A stretch of 38,335 bases of DNA from an uncultured Nitrososphaerales archaeon (GCA_963709405.1 CAVPXM010000018.1:1-38335); one strand, 5' to 3'; numbered from the stretch's first letter, positions 1-10,071 are shown. Notes: generated from the letters alone by a model not told the origin. Made by a program: numbers and translations.

Positions 1-194
1 GATTGGAAGCACATCTTGAAAGCACAAAGTTGTCGTGACGTGAACTTAGTTTTGTTGTCGATAGTAGTAGAGTATTTTGATATAATTGATCCTAAGTGGC
101 CTACTCTCAAAATATGTAATATTGTTTGTAATCTAATTATTATAACTTGGGGTCAAAAAAAGACATTTGATTTAGTCCTGTAGTATATAATAAT

Positions 195-359
195 GTGAAG
201 ACCAGAGAGTATCAAAAGAAAAAACAAAACATCGAGAAATTCATAAAGAAATTTGGTAAAGTGGACCATTCTATTATTTTAAACGAGGTAAATATAGATT
301 ATGATACTTTGATGAGCATATTAGCAGAATTGCGTAAAGAAGGATTTATTAAAAAATAA
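195..359 (+). CDS. Small basic protein, possible winged-helix DNA-binding protein (54 aa)
   Basis: Read manually, below the ORF-track cutoff: GTG start, MKTREYQKKKQNIEKFIKKFGKVDHSIILNEVNIDYDTLMSILAELRKEGFIKK*. The C-terminal 'LxELxxEGxI' pattern resembles wHTH proteins. Confidence 0.5.
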   Translation: MKTREYQKKKQNIEKFIKKFGKVDHSIILNEVNIDYDTLMSILAELRKEGFIKK

Positions 360-720
360 ACACACATTATCTGTTAAGATCCTGCAAAAATCGTAACACC
401 AAAGCGGAATATTCAACATTTATTCAAAACCTATATTCAAAAAGGGGAGTTAAAGATGATTACCTATGATAGTAGGAAAAGCGATTGAAGACATGATTAT
501 TGTCTTTAGCATTGAGATATGAAATACAATATTGTGATCTACATTTTCATGAGATAGAATGAAACATAAAACATAAATCATAATTACGTACTTAATCCAA
601 ATCTTAAAATCTAAATTTCGACTTATAGAAAATTCGTAATATTGAATCATTAATAATAAATACCCAAAACTATAAGACCGTAACTATTTGTATCTAAGCC
701 CGTTAAGTAGTATATATCAT

Positions 721-864
721 ATGAAAAAAACTAAGAAAAAACAGGAGCAGAAAAAGAAAATAGTCATTAAATTGGAAAAGATTGTGGGAAAAAGTGGTAA
801 AGACGGTCGCATCTATCTTCCAGGAAAATGGATTGGAAAAAGGGTTAAAGTGACTTTATTATAG
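721..864 (+). CDS. DUF2080-like / AbrB-like small protein (47 aa)
   Basis: MKKTKKKQEQKKKIVIKLEKIVGKSGKDGRIYLPGKWIGKRVKVTLL*. The 'GxxGRIYLPxxWIGKRVKV' pattern is typical of archaeal DUF2080 swapped-hairpin proteins. Confidence 0.65.
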   Translation: MKKTKKKQEQKKKIVIKLEKIVGKSGKDGRIYLPGKWIGKRVKVTLL

Positions 865-1131
865 TGTTTGAATATTTATTATTTGTAGGTGATCATCGCC
901 TATCTTCTTAAGCTTGCTTATTAGTACCATTGGAAAATTCATCATGAGTATTTTTGTATTTGTCGGCACTAAATTTTGACACCAAATATTGTCCTTTTTT
1001 ATCAATTAACCAAATCCTTACAAATTTTGAATCAATTTTAGAAGTTTTCTATGATCATTTGAAGTTTATTATAAGAATGACATTTTCTCTGCTCTGTTGA
1101 AAGACATGTAAAAGTCGCCCTCTATAATCCA

Positions 1132-1263
1132 TATGGTTAGCTGACCCCTTATCATGCATGACCACATAGGTCTAGTCTGTTGAATGGGGCATATTCTCGA
1201 AGCTGCTGTCAAAGTGAGCCTCGAGCTCTGATAGATGTATGCAGCTTAGTCCAGCTATCCATA
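1132..1263 (+). ncRNA. Candidate IS110 bridge RNA with target-binding and donor-binding loops
   Basis: Outer stem TATGGTTAGCTG (1132-1143) / CAGCTATCCATA (1252-1263). Loop 1: CCCC/GGGG stem (1145-1148/1186-1189) with apical GACC-ACATA-GGTC. Loop 2: AAGCTGC/GCAGCTT stem (1200-1206/1241-1247) with apical GAGC-CTCGA-GCTC. Loop 1 unpaired segments match the element flanks. Confidence 0.75.
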
Positions 1264-1304
1264 CTGAAAAAAAGAGAAGGAGGTGAGAAAAGAGGATACC
1301 AAAT

Positions 1305-2377
1305 ATGAAAAAGAAAGGATTGCTGAACTATATAGGAGTAGATATTGGAAAACGGAATTGTGTAGTTTGTATAATGGATTCGAATGGTTCTATAATCAAA
1401 GAAACTAATTACAGTAATACGTTGGAACAAGCTGAATCCTTTGCTTCGTCCATTAAGAGGAAGCATGTTGGTAAATCCACAGCAGTCTGTGAATCTACAG
1501 GTAACCTTTGGCTAAAGACATACCAGGCATTTGAGAAACATAACATTGATGTTAAACTGGCTAATCCTTTGAAAACTAAGGCCATTGCTGAGGCAAGAAT
1601 AAAGACCGATAAACTTGATGCTAGAACACTTGCACATCTACTTAGATCAGATCTTGTAGCTGAATGTTACATTGCAGACAGAGAGACTAGAGAAGATAGG
1701 TCATTACTTAGACTAAGAACAAATTTGGTACAGGATAGAACCAGAGTAATTAATAGGGTACATTCATTACTTGATAAATATGACATGAACTTTAATTATT
1801 CCAAGATTTTTGGCATAAAGGGATTACAATGGCTAAGGGATCTAAAAGTAACTGGCAATGACCAGATTTTGCTACATGAGTAATTCAGCAGATTGAATTT
1901 CTCACTAGAGGGATCAAAAATATTGAATCGAAGATAAGGATAGACGCATCGAATAATGAATCAGTTAAAATATTGATGAGTATGACAGGAATAAATTATT
2001 TCTCTGCAATGATGATATCATCTGAAATTGGCGATATTAGCAGATTTAGTTCACCTCAAAAACTTGTATCATGGGCTGGATTATGATGTCCATCAGTACA
2101 TCAATCTGGAAACTCATTGTATATGGGAAGGATGAAAGATGGTAATAAAAAGGTAAGATGGATATTAATTGAAGCAGCTAATACTGCATCTAGAACTGAC
2201 GGTAGATTAAGGAAATTCTATCTAAGACTGGCCAAAAGACATGGGCGTCACATTGCAATAACACATGTTGCAAATAAGATATGCACTATAATGTGGCATA
2301 TGCTAACATACAAGAGACTATACAATGAAAGAAAGATTGGCCTATATGAAACAAAACTTAAGAGGATCCAACTCTAA
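1305..2377 (+). pseudogene. IS110 recombinase/transposase, disrupted
   Basis: N-terminal DEDD motifs YIGVDIGK, CESTG and KTDKLDA. C-terminal Tnp20-like SEIGDISRF...WAGL*CPSVHQSG and LIEAA. Frameshift at ~1881 and in-frame TGA at 2084-2086. Confidence 0.9.
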
Positions 2378-2459
2378 GATAATAAAGACTGGTCTAAGCA
2401 GCATTAGATAATAGTAGGATATGCTAGCCATAGAGGGACTTTTACATAGATGCATGATC

Positions 2460-3275
2460 CATTAGGAAATTTTCTAGCTGTTAGATGTTCACCGAACAGT
2501 CTTTTAATAGAAGAGATTACTGTTTCTACCATCCACCTGCGCCCATAGCTCACGCTATGCTTCCATCTTTTGATGTTTGATTGCTGTTGTTTTACTACAG
2601 ACATGTCTCTAGCTTGACAGTTAGTTGACTTGACCTTGGAATTAATTACTTCAGGTCTTTATACGAGGTTTAATGTGGTTCTTTGATAGATATCTAAAAT
2701 TGTTATTGCTGTCGCACATACCATCTTCTAATACACCCTTAGATTATTATTTTCAGAAGCATTATCCATTAACTTACTTAACATCATGCCATCATCATGT
2801 ACCTCTTCACTTGTTACCTCCAAAGATAGGATTCTTTTCTTCTTGGTGTCAACTGCTACATGTATCTTTAGATATCCTTTTCTAACATGCCATTTATGCC
2901 GCATCCATTCTCCACGATTAGCTACTTTAATACCTGTGATCTCTAAAGCAATCATAATATCATTTCCTAATTTTTCATTGATTGTGATGTCCAGTCTGTT
3001 TGTACGTCTACTAATGGTCCTATAATGCGGTATGCCTGGTACCTCTTTACTCGCATGAGCTATAACTACACCTTGTGTTTGTCTATATGGTAGATGGAAA
3101 TAAGCTCTCATGTAACCTAGGATCTTAATAAAGGAATCTGGGCAGTTGTAGAGTTCACCAACTTTCCAAGATTCATTTGAGATAATTCGTGATCCCATCC
3201 ATCAAGTACATCAAAATCCAACAGTACCTGACCCCGCCTGACTGGTGATTCATTATAGGAATGACAGTCAATCAT
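2460..3275 (-). pseudogene. IS5-family transposase remnant
   Basis: Fragments in several frames: MIDCHSYNESPVRRGQVLLDF..., FHLPYRQTQG, TGIKVANRGEWMRHKW, LKIHVAVD, YGRRWMVETVISSIKRLFGE. Multiple frameshifts; 3' end truncated next to the IS110. Confidence 0.85.
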
Positions 3276-3470
3276 GTCAAATAGTTATTATATGTAAGCT
3301 AAATACAGATTGGTCAAATAATTTTGTTGACATTGAACGTTCTGGAAGTATGATTTATACTTAAATGTTTAAATAGTTCTACAATTATATAATAATTATA
3401 TTATGATTTCGCCGTGGAAAACATTATCCAATTTTTATAGAAGACAGATTAATGAGAGGATGACGAAATA

Positions 3471-4190
3471 ATGACTGAACCCTTAGAAGATCACAAGATT
3501 GTTTCCGAGAACGAGTGGGTTGAGTCTCGCAAGGCCCTGCTCAAGAATGAAAAGGAGTTCACAATCTTGCGTGACAAACTTAGCCAGCAACGACGCGATC
3601 TGCCCTGGGTAGCCGTTAATAAAGAATATATCTTTGAGGGACCGAATGGGAAACAAACTCTGTCAGAACTTTTTGATGGAAGAAGCCAATTAATAGTATA
3701 TCACTTTATGTTCGATCCAAGCTGGGAAGTAGGATGTTTGCATTGTTCCTTTTGGGCCGACAATTTCAATGGTATAATCGTGCATATGAACCAAAGAGAT
3801 GTGACCATGATCGCTGTTTCTCGGGCGCCATACAGGAAACTAGCCGCATACCGGAAGCGGATGGGCTGGGATTTCAAGTGGATGTCTTCTTACAACACAG
3901 ATTTTAATTTCGATTACGACGTGTCATTCACACCCAAAGAATTGGCCGAGAAAGAGGCCCTTTACAACTTCATTACACAAGATCCGCATAGTTCGGAGCG
4001 GGAAGGAGTCAGCGTATTTTACAAAGATCCTGCAGGTCGCGTATTTCATACCTATTCTGCTTACGCACGTGGCATTGATATGTTGAATGTGGCGTATCAA
4101 TATCTTGACCTGGTTCCCAAGGGGCGTGATGAAGATGGTCATGAATTCCCTCAATTCTGGGTGCGCCGTCATGATGAGTACAGTAAATAA
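3471..4190 (+). CDS. DUF899-family thioredoxin-like protein
   Basis: Motifs RRDLPWV, LFDGRSQLIVYHFMF, GCLHCS, FHTYS, YLDLVPKGRDE and WVRRHDEY. Confidence 0.9.
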   Translation: MTEPLEDHKIVSENEWVESRKALLKNEKEFTILRDKLSQQRRDLPWVAVNKEYIFEGPNGKQTLSELFDGRSQLIVYHFMFDPSWEVGCLHCSFWADNFNGIIVHMNQRDVTMIAVSRAPYRKLAAYRKRMGWDFKWMSSYNTDFNFDYDVSFTPKELAEKEALYNFITQDPHSSEREGVSVFYKDPAGRVFHTYSAYARGIDMLNVAYQYLDLVPKGRDEDGHEFPQFWVRRHDEYSK

Positions 4191-4487
4191 ATGTTAGTAC
4201 AGAATCTTATCAGATCAGATAAATGCTATTCCTCCCAAATCTTTATTCCAAAAATATAATCTATCCAAGTTTGATGAATTAGTCACTTTTACAGTTTCTT
4301 GACAAAAATGAAAAATAAATCCTCATCTAACAAGAGCATTTAATCCATTCTCGGCTTTTGCTACCATCATTCATATAGATAGAATTGGTTCATATTATGC
4401 TCGTACAGTTTACATTATTCATATTCATATGCTACCCTTTTATCCATGTTCATATGACTATTATTGCCGTCAGTATTATTCAAATCA

Positions 4488-4972
4488 GCTCTGTAAAGTT
4501 AAGATATTTTCTCCTTGTTATAATAATATGCAAATAGATTTAACCATTTTTGTACGTGCCTCAGCTTGCAATTTTTCTTTCTAAATGGAAAATAGTCATC
4601 AAAACATTCGGTTCTATCCTTTATGTACTGTATGGTCCTTTCTATGATACTTTTATCATATGAAGAATGGATGTGATGATTTAGTTTCAAGAATCTGTAA
4701 GCTTGTGTATACTACGTACCACCATCTGTAGATATTGAATACTTACCATATTCCTTTATCAATGATGAAATAAAACGTTCTGCAATGAACATATTTCGTT
4801 CTTTTGATATACTAATTCCAAGAATTTCCTTGGATTCAGACTCTATTGCAACCCAAATCCATATGTAATTAGAACCAATCTTTTTTCTATCATAGTTTCA
4901 TGAATGATAAATTCCGTTGTCCTTTTCTATTTCACTTGATTCTTTTAGGTCTGTACTTTTGAATCCCACTCA
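4488..4972 (-). pseudogene. IS6-family transposase remnant (5'-truncated)
   Basis: IWVAIES...ILGISISKERNMFIAERF...STDGG...IIERTIQYIKDRTECFDDYFP. Terminal sequence GCTCTGTAAAGTTAAG at 4488-4503 resembles the end at 21475. Confidence 0.8.
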
Positions 4973-5146
4973 TCTTGAAGATATATAAACATGTACCTTG
5001 CCTGGGCTGTTATCGGAGAGTGATTCCGTTTTGTAAGCTGTTTTAATTTAGCCATTCCAAAGGCCTATCAAGTTTATGACAATTCTATCAAAAATATACA
5101 GCATACTTAATCGATATAGATTAACATGTTATTGCAAAACGTCTTA

Positions 5147-6005
5147 GAACCCATCCCAAAAATAGATAGACATATAGCTTGTGACTTTCCTGCTCATAAG
5201 TGTGGCTTACAATAGAGTCAAGTATCTTCCAACTGTCAAAAGAATCCCTGATGAGTTATGGGATGAGATAAGGTTTATACTTCCACCAGAAAAACCAAAT
5301 AATACCATAGGACGTCCAGCAGTACCATTTAGGAAAGTATTGGATGGTATTCTATATGTCTTAAGAACTGGATGTCAATGGAAGATGTTGCCAAAGGAAT
5401 TTGGTTCGGGTTCGACATGTCATAGACGATTCCAACAGTGGTCTACATCTAAGGTATTTCAAAGACTATGGATTAGACTGCTAAAAGTGTATGATGGTAT
5501 AGTAGGCATCCAATGGAGATGGCAATCTCTTGATAGTATATCTATAAATGCACCTTTAGGGGGAAATGACTGGACCTAATCCTACGGATAGAGGTAAGTT
5601 AGGAACAAAACGTCATGTATTAACTGATGGACAAGGTATTCCATTATCTGTTGTTATAACTGCGGCTAATACGCATGATATGAAGGCTGCTATAAACACA
5701 CTGGATAATATCGTAGTTAAAAGACCGTCTTATAAGATTAATAAAGAGAAACAGAACCTCTGTCTTGATAAAGGATATGACTTTCTAGAGATTGAGAATG
5801 GTGTTATCAAGAAAGGATACCTACCACATATTCGACATAGAGGAGAACAATCAGTAATAAATGGTAGTAATCATCATCATCATGCTAGAAGATGGGTTGT
5901 AGAAAGAACTAACTCCTGGCATAACAAGTTCAGAAAACTATTTTGCGTTAGTATGTTTCGGCTGTTGCATTGTTATCTACAGGTGGATAATTTTGGGATA
6001 GGCTC
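5147..6005 (+). mobile_element. IS5-family element (IS427-like, two overlapping ORFs 5181-5579 and 5566-6009)
   Basis: IRs GAACCCATCCCAAAA / revcomp GAGCCTATCCCAAAA, with TTA on both sides (5144-5146, 6006-6008). Motifs ILYVLRTGCQW, LDS, GPNPTDRGK, DKGYD, RWVVERT. Slippery GGGGGAAA at the ORF overlap. A small deletion near the C-terminus moves the native tail LVCFGCCIVIYRWIILG* out of frame. Confidence 0.9.
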
Positions 6006-6712
6006 TTAGATGAAGACAACAATAGCCGTAACTCGCCATATATTCATTATATCTTTTAATATAGTCCATTCTTCACCATGATGATGATCATAAAGTTATC
6101 CAACACCCATGACGAATCATACATTAACATAATTAGAGCTACAGTATTTTTAGGCTTGAATACCATCATGTATTTCAACACATATGTCTGGGAACAAAGT
6201 GTCATACAAGATTTTATATTTATCATTCATAAAATTTTTTAAAATAAATACATTTATCTGATAATAGATCACCATTAGAATTCATCCAATGTTTTGCATA
6301 TATTTGATGTAACTGAACTACTGTAGCGAAGCCTAATTTCATCACTATTGATGTTCGATTCTTTTCTTTTTCATACAAATTGCTTTTTGTCCATAATTTA
6401 GATGACTACGACTCGAGATAGTTGAATACATCAATAATGGATCTTTAGAAGAAATATGCCTTCTTGTGAATTATATAACATTTTCCAGAAAATGTGTTTA
6501 ATCTGTATGTAAGAAGATAACATGCGGCGCAGAATAAAATTATACTCGTACATAGGTATAATTAAATAGTCATATACAAAAATCCGACTCATTGAAAACG
6601 CAGGATTTAAATAATCACTTTATATTTGAATGAAATATGTTATTTAATCAACATTTTGAATATATCTATATCCCAATACAGACAATTACATAACAATAAA
6701 AAATGGGAAGGA

Positions 6713-6850
6713 TCACTTACCTATCTTAAACATCTTCGTTCCACAGACAGTACAAATTCCCTGTGTTGCAGGCTTGCCGTTTTTCATTGTGATCTTTTTT
6801 TCATCATTCATTGACCTTTTTGACTTGCATTTAACGCAATATGCTTCCAT
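6713..6850 (-). CDS. DUF5679-like small zinc-binding protein (45 aa)
   Basis: Read manually: MEAYCVKCKSKRSMNDEKKITMKNGKPATQGICTVCGTKMFKIGK*, with two CxxC motifs. Confidence 0.8.
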   Translation of the reverse strand: MEAYCVKCKSKRSMNDEKKITMKNGKPATQGICTVCGTKMFKIGK

Positions 6851-7144
6851 GACAATGCAAGTGATTAAGCGAGATAAAAAAGAAGCGGTGTATAAAATGA
6901 TTGTCTGAAAGAATAGCGATGCTTACTCATCATAATTGCTTTTGTACGTGATTAATCACATTAATTATAAAGTATATAACGTAAAGATAAATAATTTCGT
7001 AACTAAATGATGCTACTTATAAAATATAGAATAAAAATGACTGTAAATAGATTTAAAAGATGATTAGAGACATATTTCGAATATTTACCACAATAAGAAG
7101 ATCGTCTAGTATGCATTCTTTATTTTTTATCAACATATGACTAA

Positions 7145-7501
7145 TTATCTGCTTCCCACCACTTTAAACTTATAATGTTTAAAGATTTCGCGATAATGAC
7201 GAACGTAACTCTCTGCTACGTCATGAGTTGAAAAGGTACATCTAATACCATCAATTGCGATCTTTTTATCATACAAATCTACAACCTCGATCACATAAGA
7301 TTTGGGCAATTTTTTGGCATTTCTTAAGGTGATGGATACGCTAATTAATAAGAACAAGATAGTAGACAGAATAATTAAAGCATATTCGAATCCCTTACTG
7401 AAGTTTATGAAATAAGTAATTAGATTATTATCCAGCCATTTATAAACAATATTTAGAACTTCGAATAGAGCAGTTATAATAAAATCTAATGTCATTATCA
7501 C
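7145..7501 (-). CDS. Hypothetical membrane protein
   Basis: 118-aa ORF with one hydrophobic helix (ALIILSTILFLLISVSI) and a soluble C-terminal part. Confidence 0.55.
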   Translation of the reverse strand: MIMTLDFIITALFEVLNIVYKWLDNNLITYFINFSKGFEYALIILSTILFLLISVSITLRNAKKLPKSYVIEVVDLYDKKIAIDGIRCTFSTHDVAESYVRHYREIFKHYKFKVVGSR

Positions 7502-7976
7502 ATCATAAGAAATACTTACTTATTACTATACTTTCCTTTTATATAGCTAATTAAATAAGTATTCTATTTAAAAACGTAAAATATATTATAATATATATAA
7601 AATCTTGTGTATTTTCTTATTATTAGTGTCAAAAGTCACAATCCTACCTGTCATAGTAGCTAAGTGTTGGTCTTTCCAGATAACTTACTAGATCATATCA
7701 TATACTACATGTCCAAATAGACTCAGATTAATTAATTATATATTCTTGAATATTTATCAATAATTTTCTCATGTTTAGTACTATTCCTTTCTTATTGATG
7801 TATAATAACGTAGATGTAACAAGTTAGAAATGATAACCTCTTAGCGAATTGTTTTATCCATATGTAATGGTACAGATCTATATGATAAAGCGTTCATGCC
7901 ATTTCTCATTTCCTGGAAGTTTTGAATGCTAGTACTTTCAGCATCATTCATTACTTCGTTTAACTATATCCAACAG

Positions 7977-8750
7977 CTAAGCCATTCGAATTATTTGAAC
8001 AAGACGATCAAAGTTATCCCTTGTTGGTTCTTGTTTATATAACCTCAATATTTGAATAACTTCATTTTTTGATATGTTTAGTAAACCATTTATTCGTTTA
8101 GCAATTACACCACTTAATAGTAACGCCTGAGATGCTGAGGTTACGTTAGACATCTTTCTGAGATTGCTAGAGCTCTCAAAATCAATAACATTCACATTAT
8201 TATATTTGGAAATGAGTATGTGACGATCAAGGCGACTCAGCTCTCCATGATCCAAATGTATTTTATCGAGATTATAACAATTCTTTAAGACAGTAACGAC
8301 TATGCCACGAACTTTATCTGCGGAAAGATTCTGTTGTCGAATCCAGTCTATTATAGTCAAGCCATCTATAAATTCCATAATGATAAAGTTCTCTGTATAT
8401 GCGAATAAACTAGGGCCAACATCAATTGAATTTGCTAGTGCATGTAATAATACTTCTCTTCTCATATTCTTTCTGTTAGCATCGGTTCTTCTTATCTTGC
8501 AAGCATAGATCTTATCTTCTATTTCTACCTTGACTACAAGGCCTACGCAACCTTTACCCACAATATTCAGTCTACCAATTTTAGTCCTCCCGCCAAATAA
8601 GATGGCTTCAATTCCAAGGGAGTGTATTTCGTTCAAACGAGTAGCATAATCTTCAGTACTAAAATTAGGATAACAAATAATTGTAGCTAGCTCTGACGAA
8701 TCTATGCTAATTTTATTAGAATGCGAGTCCTTCTGTAGTGGTAAGTTCAT
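7977..8750 (-). CDS. Archaeal RIO-like Ser/Thr protein kinase
   Basis: GKGCVGLV Gly-loop, ACKIRR lysine, MEFIDG hinge, HGELS catalytic loop and IDFE. Overlaps the cca 3' end. Confidence 0.85.
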   Translation of the reverse strand: MNLPLQKDSHSNKISIDSSELATIICYPNFSTEDYATRLNEIHSLGIEAILFGGRTKIGRLNIVGKGCVGLVVKVEIEDKIYACKIRRTDANRKNMRREVLLHALANSIDVGPSLFAYTENFIIMEFIDGLTIIDWIRQQNLSADKVRGIVVTVLKNCYNLDKIHLDHGELSRLDRHILISKYNNVNVIDFESSSNLRKMSNVTSASQALLLSGVIAKRINGLLNISKNEVIQILRLYKQEPTRDNFDRLVQIIRMA

Positions 8751-10071
8751 TAATTGCTTCCTTTATTATTCTTTTTAATCTAAATTCATTAGCGGTATAT
8801 ACACACAGTGTTTGTTGAATATCTTCTTTTAATCCGCTACTAATTCCGGTGTTTTCAATTTTTTTAGAAACCAGCATTTTTATAAAGTCTTTTGCGTTTA
8901 TTAGATTTCTTTTAACTAATGCTGATACTCTCATCTGTCTATTAATCCATATAAGATTGCTTATTTTGCGATTCTTTGAAATAAAGTTGGTAGTTTCTTT
9001 TTTTCTAAAAATCTCTGGACCGATCTTCTCAATGTATAACGATAAGAATATAGATTCTAATAAGAATATAAATGCAGCAGATCTTTTTTCATCAGTAATA
9101 CAGGCACTCCTTATTACTATAAAACCAGCAAGTTCTAATTGTTTGGACAGCGCGTCAAGACTTCTCTTTAATTGGCCCCAAATAATATCTGGACTTCTAG
9201 GAGTGTGTCCAAATTCTATCACCAATAAATTTGGGTAAATCTCTTCATAAGGTCTGGCATATCTTTCTCTTTTTATGAAATAATTTAAAGATGGTTTTTG
9301 CAAAAATCTTCTGGCAACAAGTACGAATTTTCCAACACTCTCGGTAGAAATTGCTGTTCCTAAGTTTCTCCTAGAATCAATCGGATCAATTATAACAAGA
9401 GGACTTGCAAAGGTCTTTATCACATCTTCATCTACACTATTAATGGAAAATACATTCCCTTCTTTCTTAATATCAGAAATAACTTGTAACAATGATGGAA
9501 GTGAGCCATATTTTAAAATTAGCACTTCAATGGCATATCCACTAAAACCATTCCTCGCAATTTCCGCTCCATAGACATTGATAGATTTTAGCATTCTTTT
9601 TAAAAGTCTAACGTGTCTTATCATTTCATTATTTAGATTGTGCTTAATGTATTCTGTATGAAAGGGAGATCTGTCAGCAGCACTTTTCCAATTTCCCACC
9701 TTTACGTTATAACAAGGTACAACATTAATCCTAATTCCTTTAATGAAAGCTTCAACGTACGGATGATCAGAATATCGCAGGTACGGTCGGTATCTTTTCA
9801 GAGATTCTATGCCTATTTGTTTGCCCAATCTTTCAAATTCTTCATTATCAACTGATTCATCAATTCTTACGAAAATATCTATATCTGTATCTCCCTTTAA
9901 CCATGTTCCTTTTGCAAAAGATCCGCCAAATGTTACTTCGATTATTTTTGAAGATCGATAATTGCTAACAAGATCTCTTGCTTCATTAGCTATTCCAGAT
10001 ATTCTTTTTACTTCTGCTAACGATGGTTCACAATATTGTAGTGCCTTTTGGAGGATAGGGTTAATGTTCAT
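8716..10071 (-). CDS. cca: Archaeal class I CCA tRNA nucleotidyltransferase
   Basis: GGSFAKGTWLKGDTDIDIF, YSDHPYV, SAADRSPFH, VYGAE...GFSGY and DPID..RNL. Confidence 0.95.
   Translation of the reverse strand: MNINPILQKALQYCEPSLAEVKRISGIANEARDLVSNYRSSKIIEVTFGGSFAKGTWLKGDTDIDIFVRIDESVDNEEFERLGKQIGIESLKRYRPYLRYSDHPYVEAFIKGIRINVVPCYNVKVGNWKSAADRSPFHTEYIKHNLNNEMIRHVRLLKRMLKSINVYGAEIARNGFSGYAIEVLILKYGSLPSLLQVISDIKKEGNVFSINSVDEDVIKTFASPLVIIDPIDSRRNLGTAISTESVGKFVLVARRFLQKPSLNYFIKRERYARPYEEIYPNLLVIEFGHTPRSPDIIWGQLKRSLDALSKQLELAGFIVIRSACITDEKRSAAFIFLLESIFLSLYIEKIGPEIFRKKETTNFISKNRKISNLIWINRQMRVSALVKRNLINAKDFIKMLVSKKIENTGISSGLKEDIQQTLCVYTANEFRLKRIIKEAINELTTTEGLAF

Larger units (their letters stand above)
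1103..2449 (+). mobile_element. IS110-family insertion sequence with ~200 bp non-coding left end
   Basis: DEDD recombinase ORF. Perfect 11-bp subterminal inverted repeats ATGTAAAAGTC (1106-1116) / GACTTTTACAT (2437-2447). No long target duplication; putative 2-nt cores AA (1101-1102) and AT (2450-2451). Confidence 0.9.

Noticed and set aside
908-1100. Continuation of the IS5 transposase on the far side of the IS110
   Set aside because: The rejoined empty site does not restore a recognisable IS5 C-terminus or IR.
1209-1466. Minus-strand 85-aa ORF and similar shadow ORFs (e.g. 8849-9238, 10153-10533, 25829-26320, 37644-38108)
   Set aside because: They are antisense to well-supported genes and have no recognisable motifs.
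2084-2086. In-frame TGA as selenocysteine or readthrough
   Set aside because: It is an extra codon in the GLxP motif of a gene already frameshifted upstream; simple decay or error is more likely.
6010-6420. Possible degraded gene on the minus strand next to the IS5
   Set aside because: Too many stops to assign a family.
8716-10071. Nucleotidyltransferase plus 2H phosphoesterase plus kinase as a CBASS-like defence system
   Set aside because: The protein has full-length archaeal CCA-enzyme motifs and housekeeping context.
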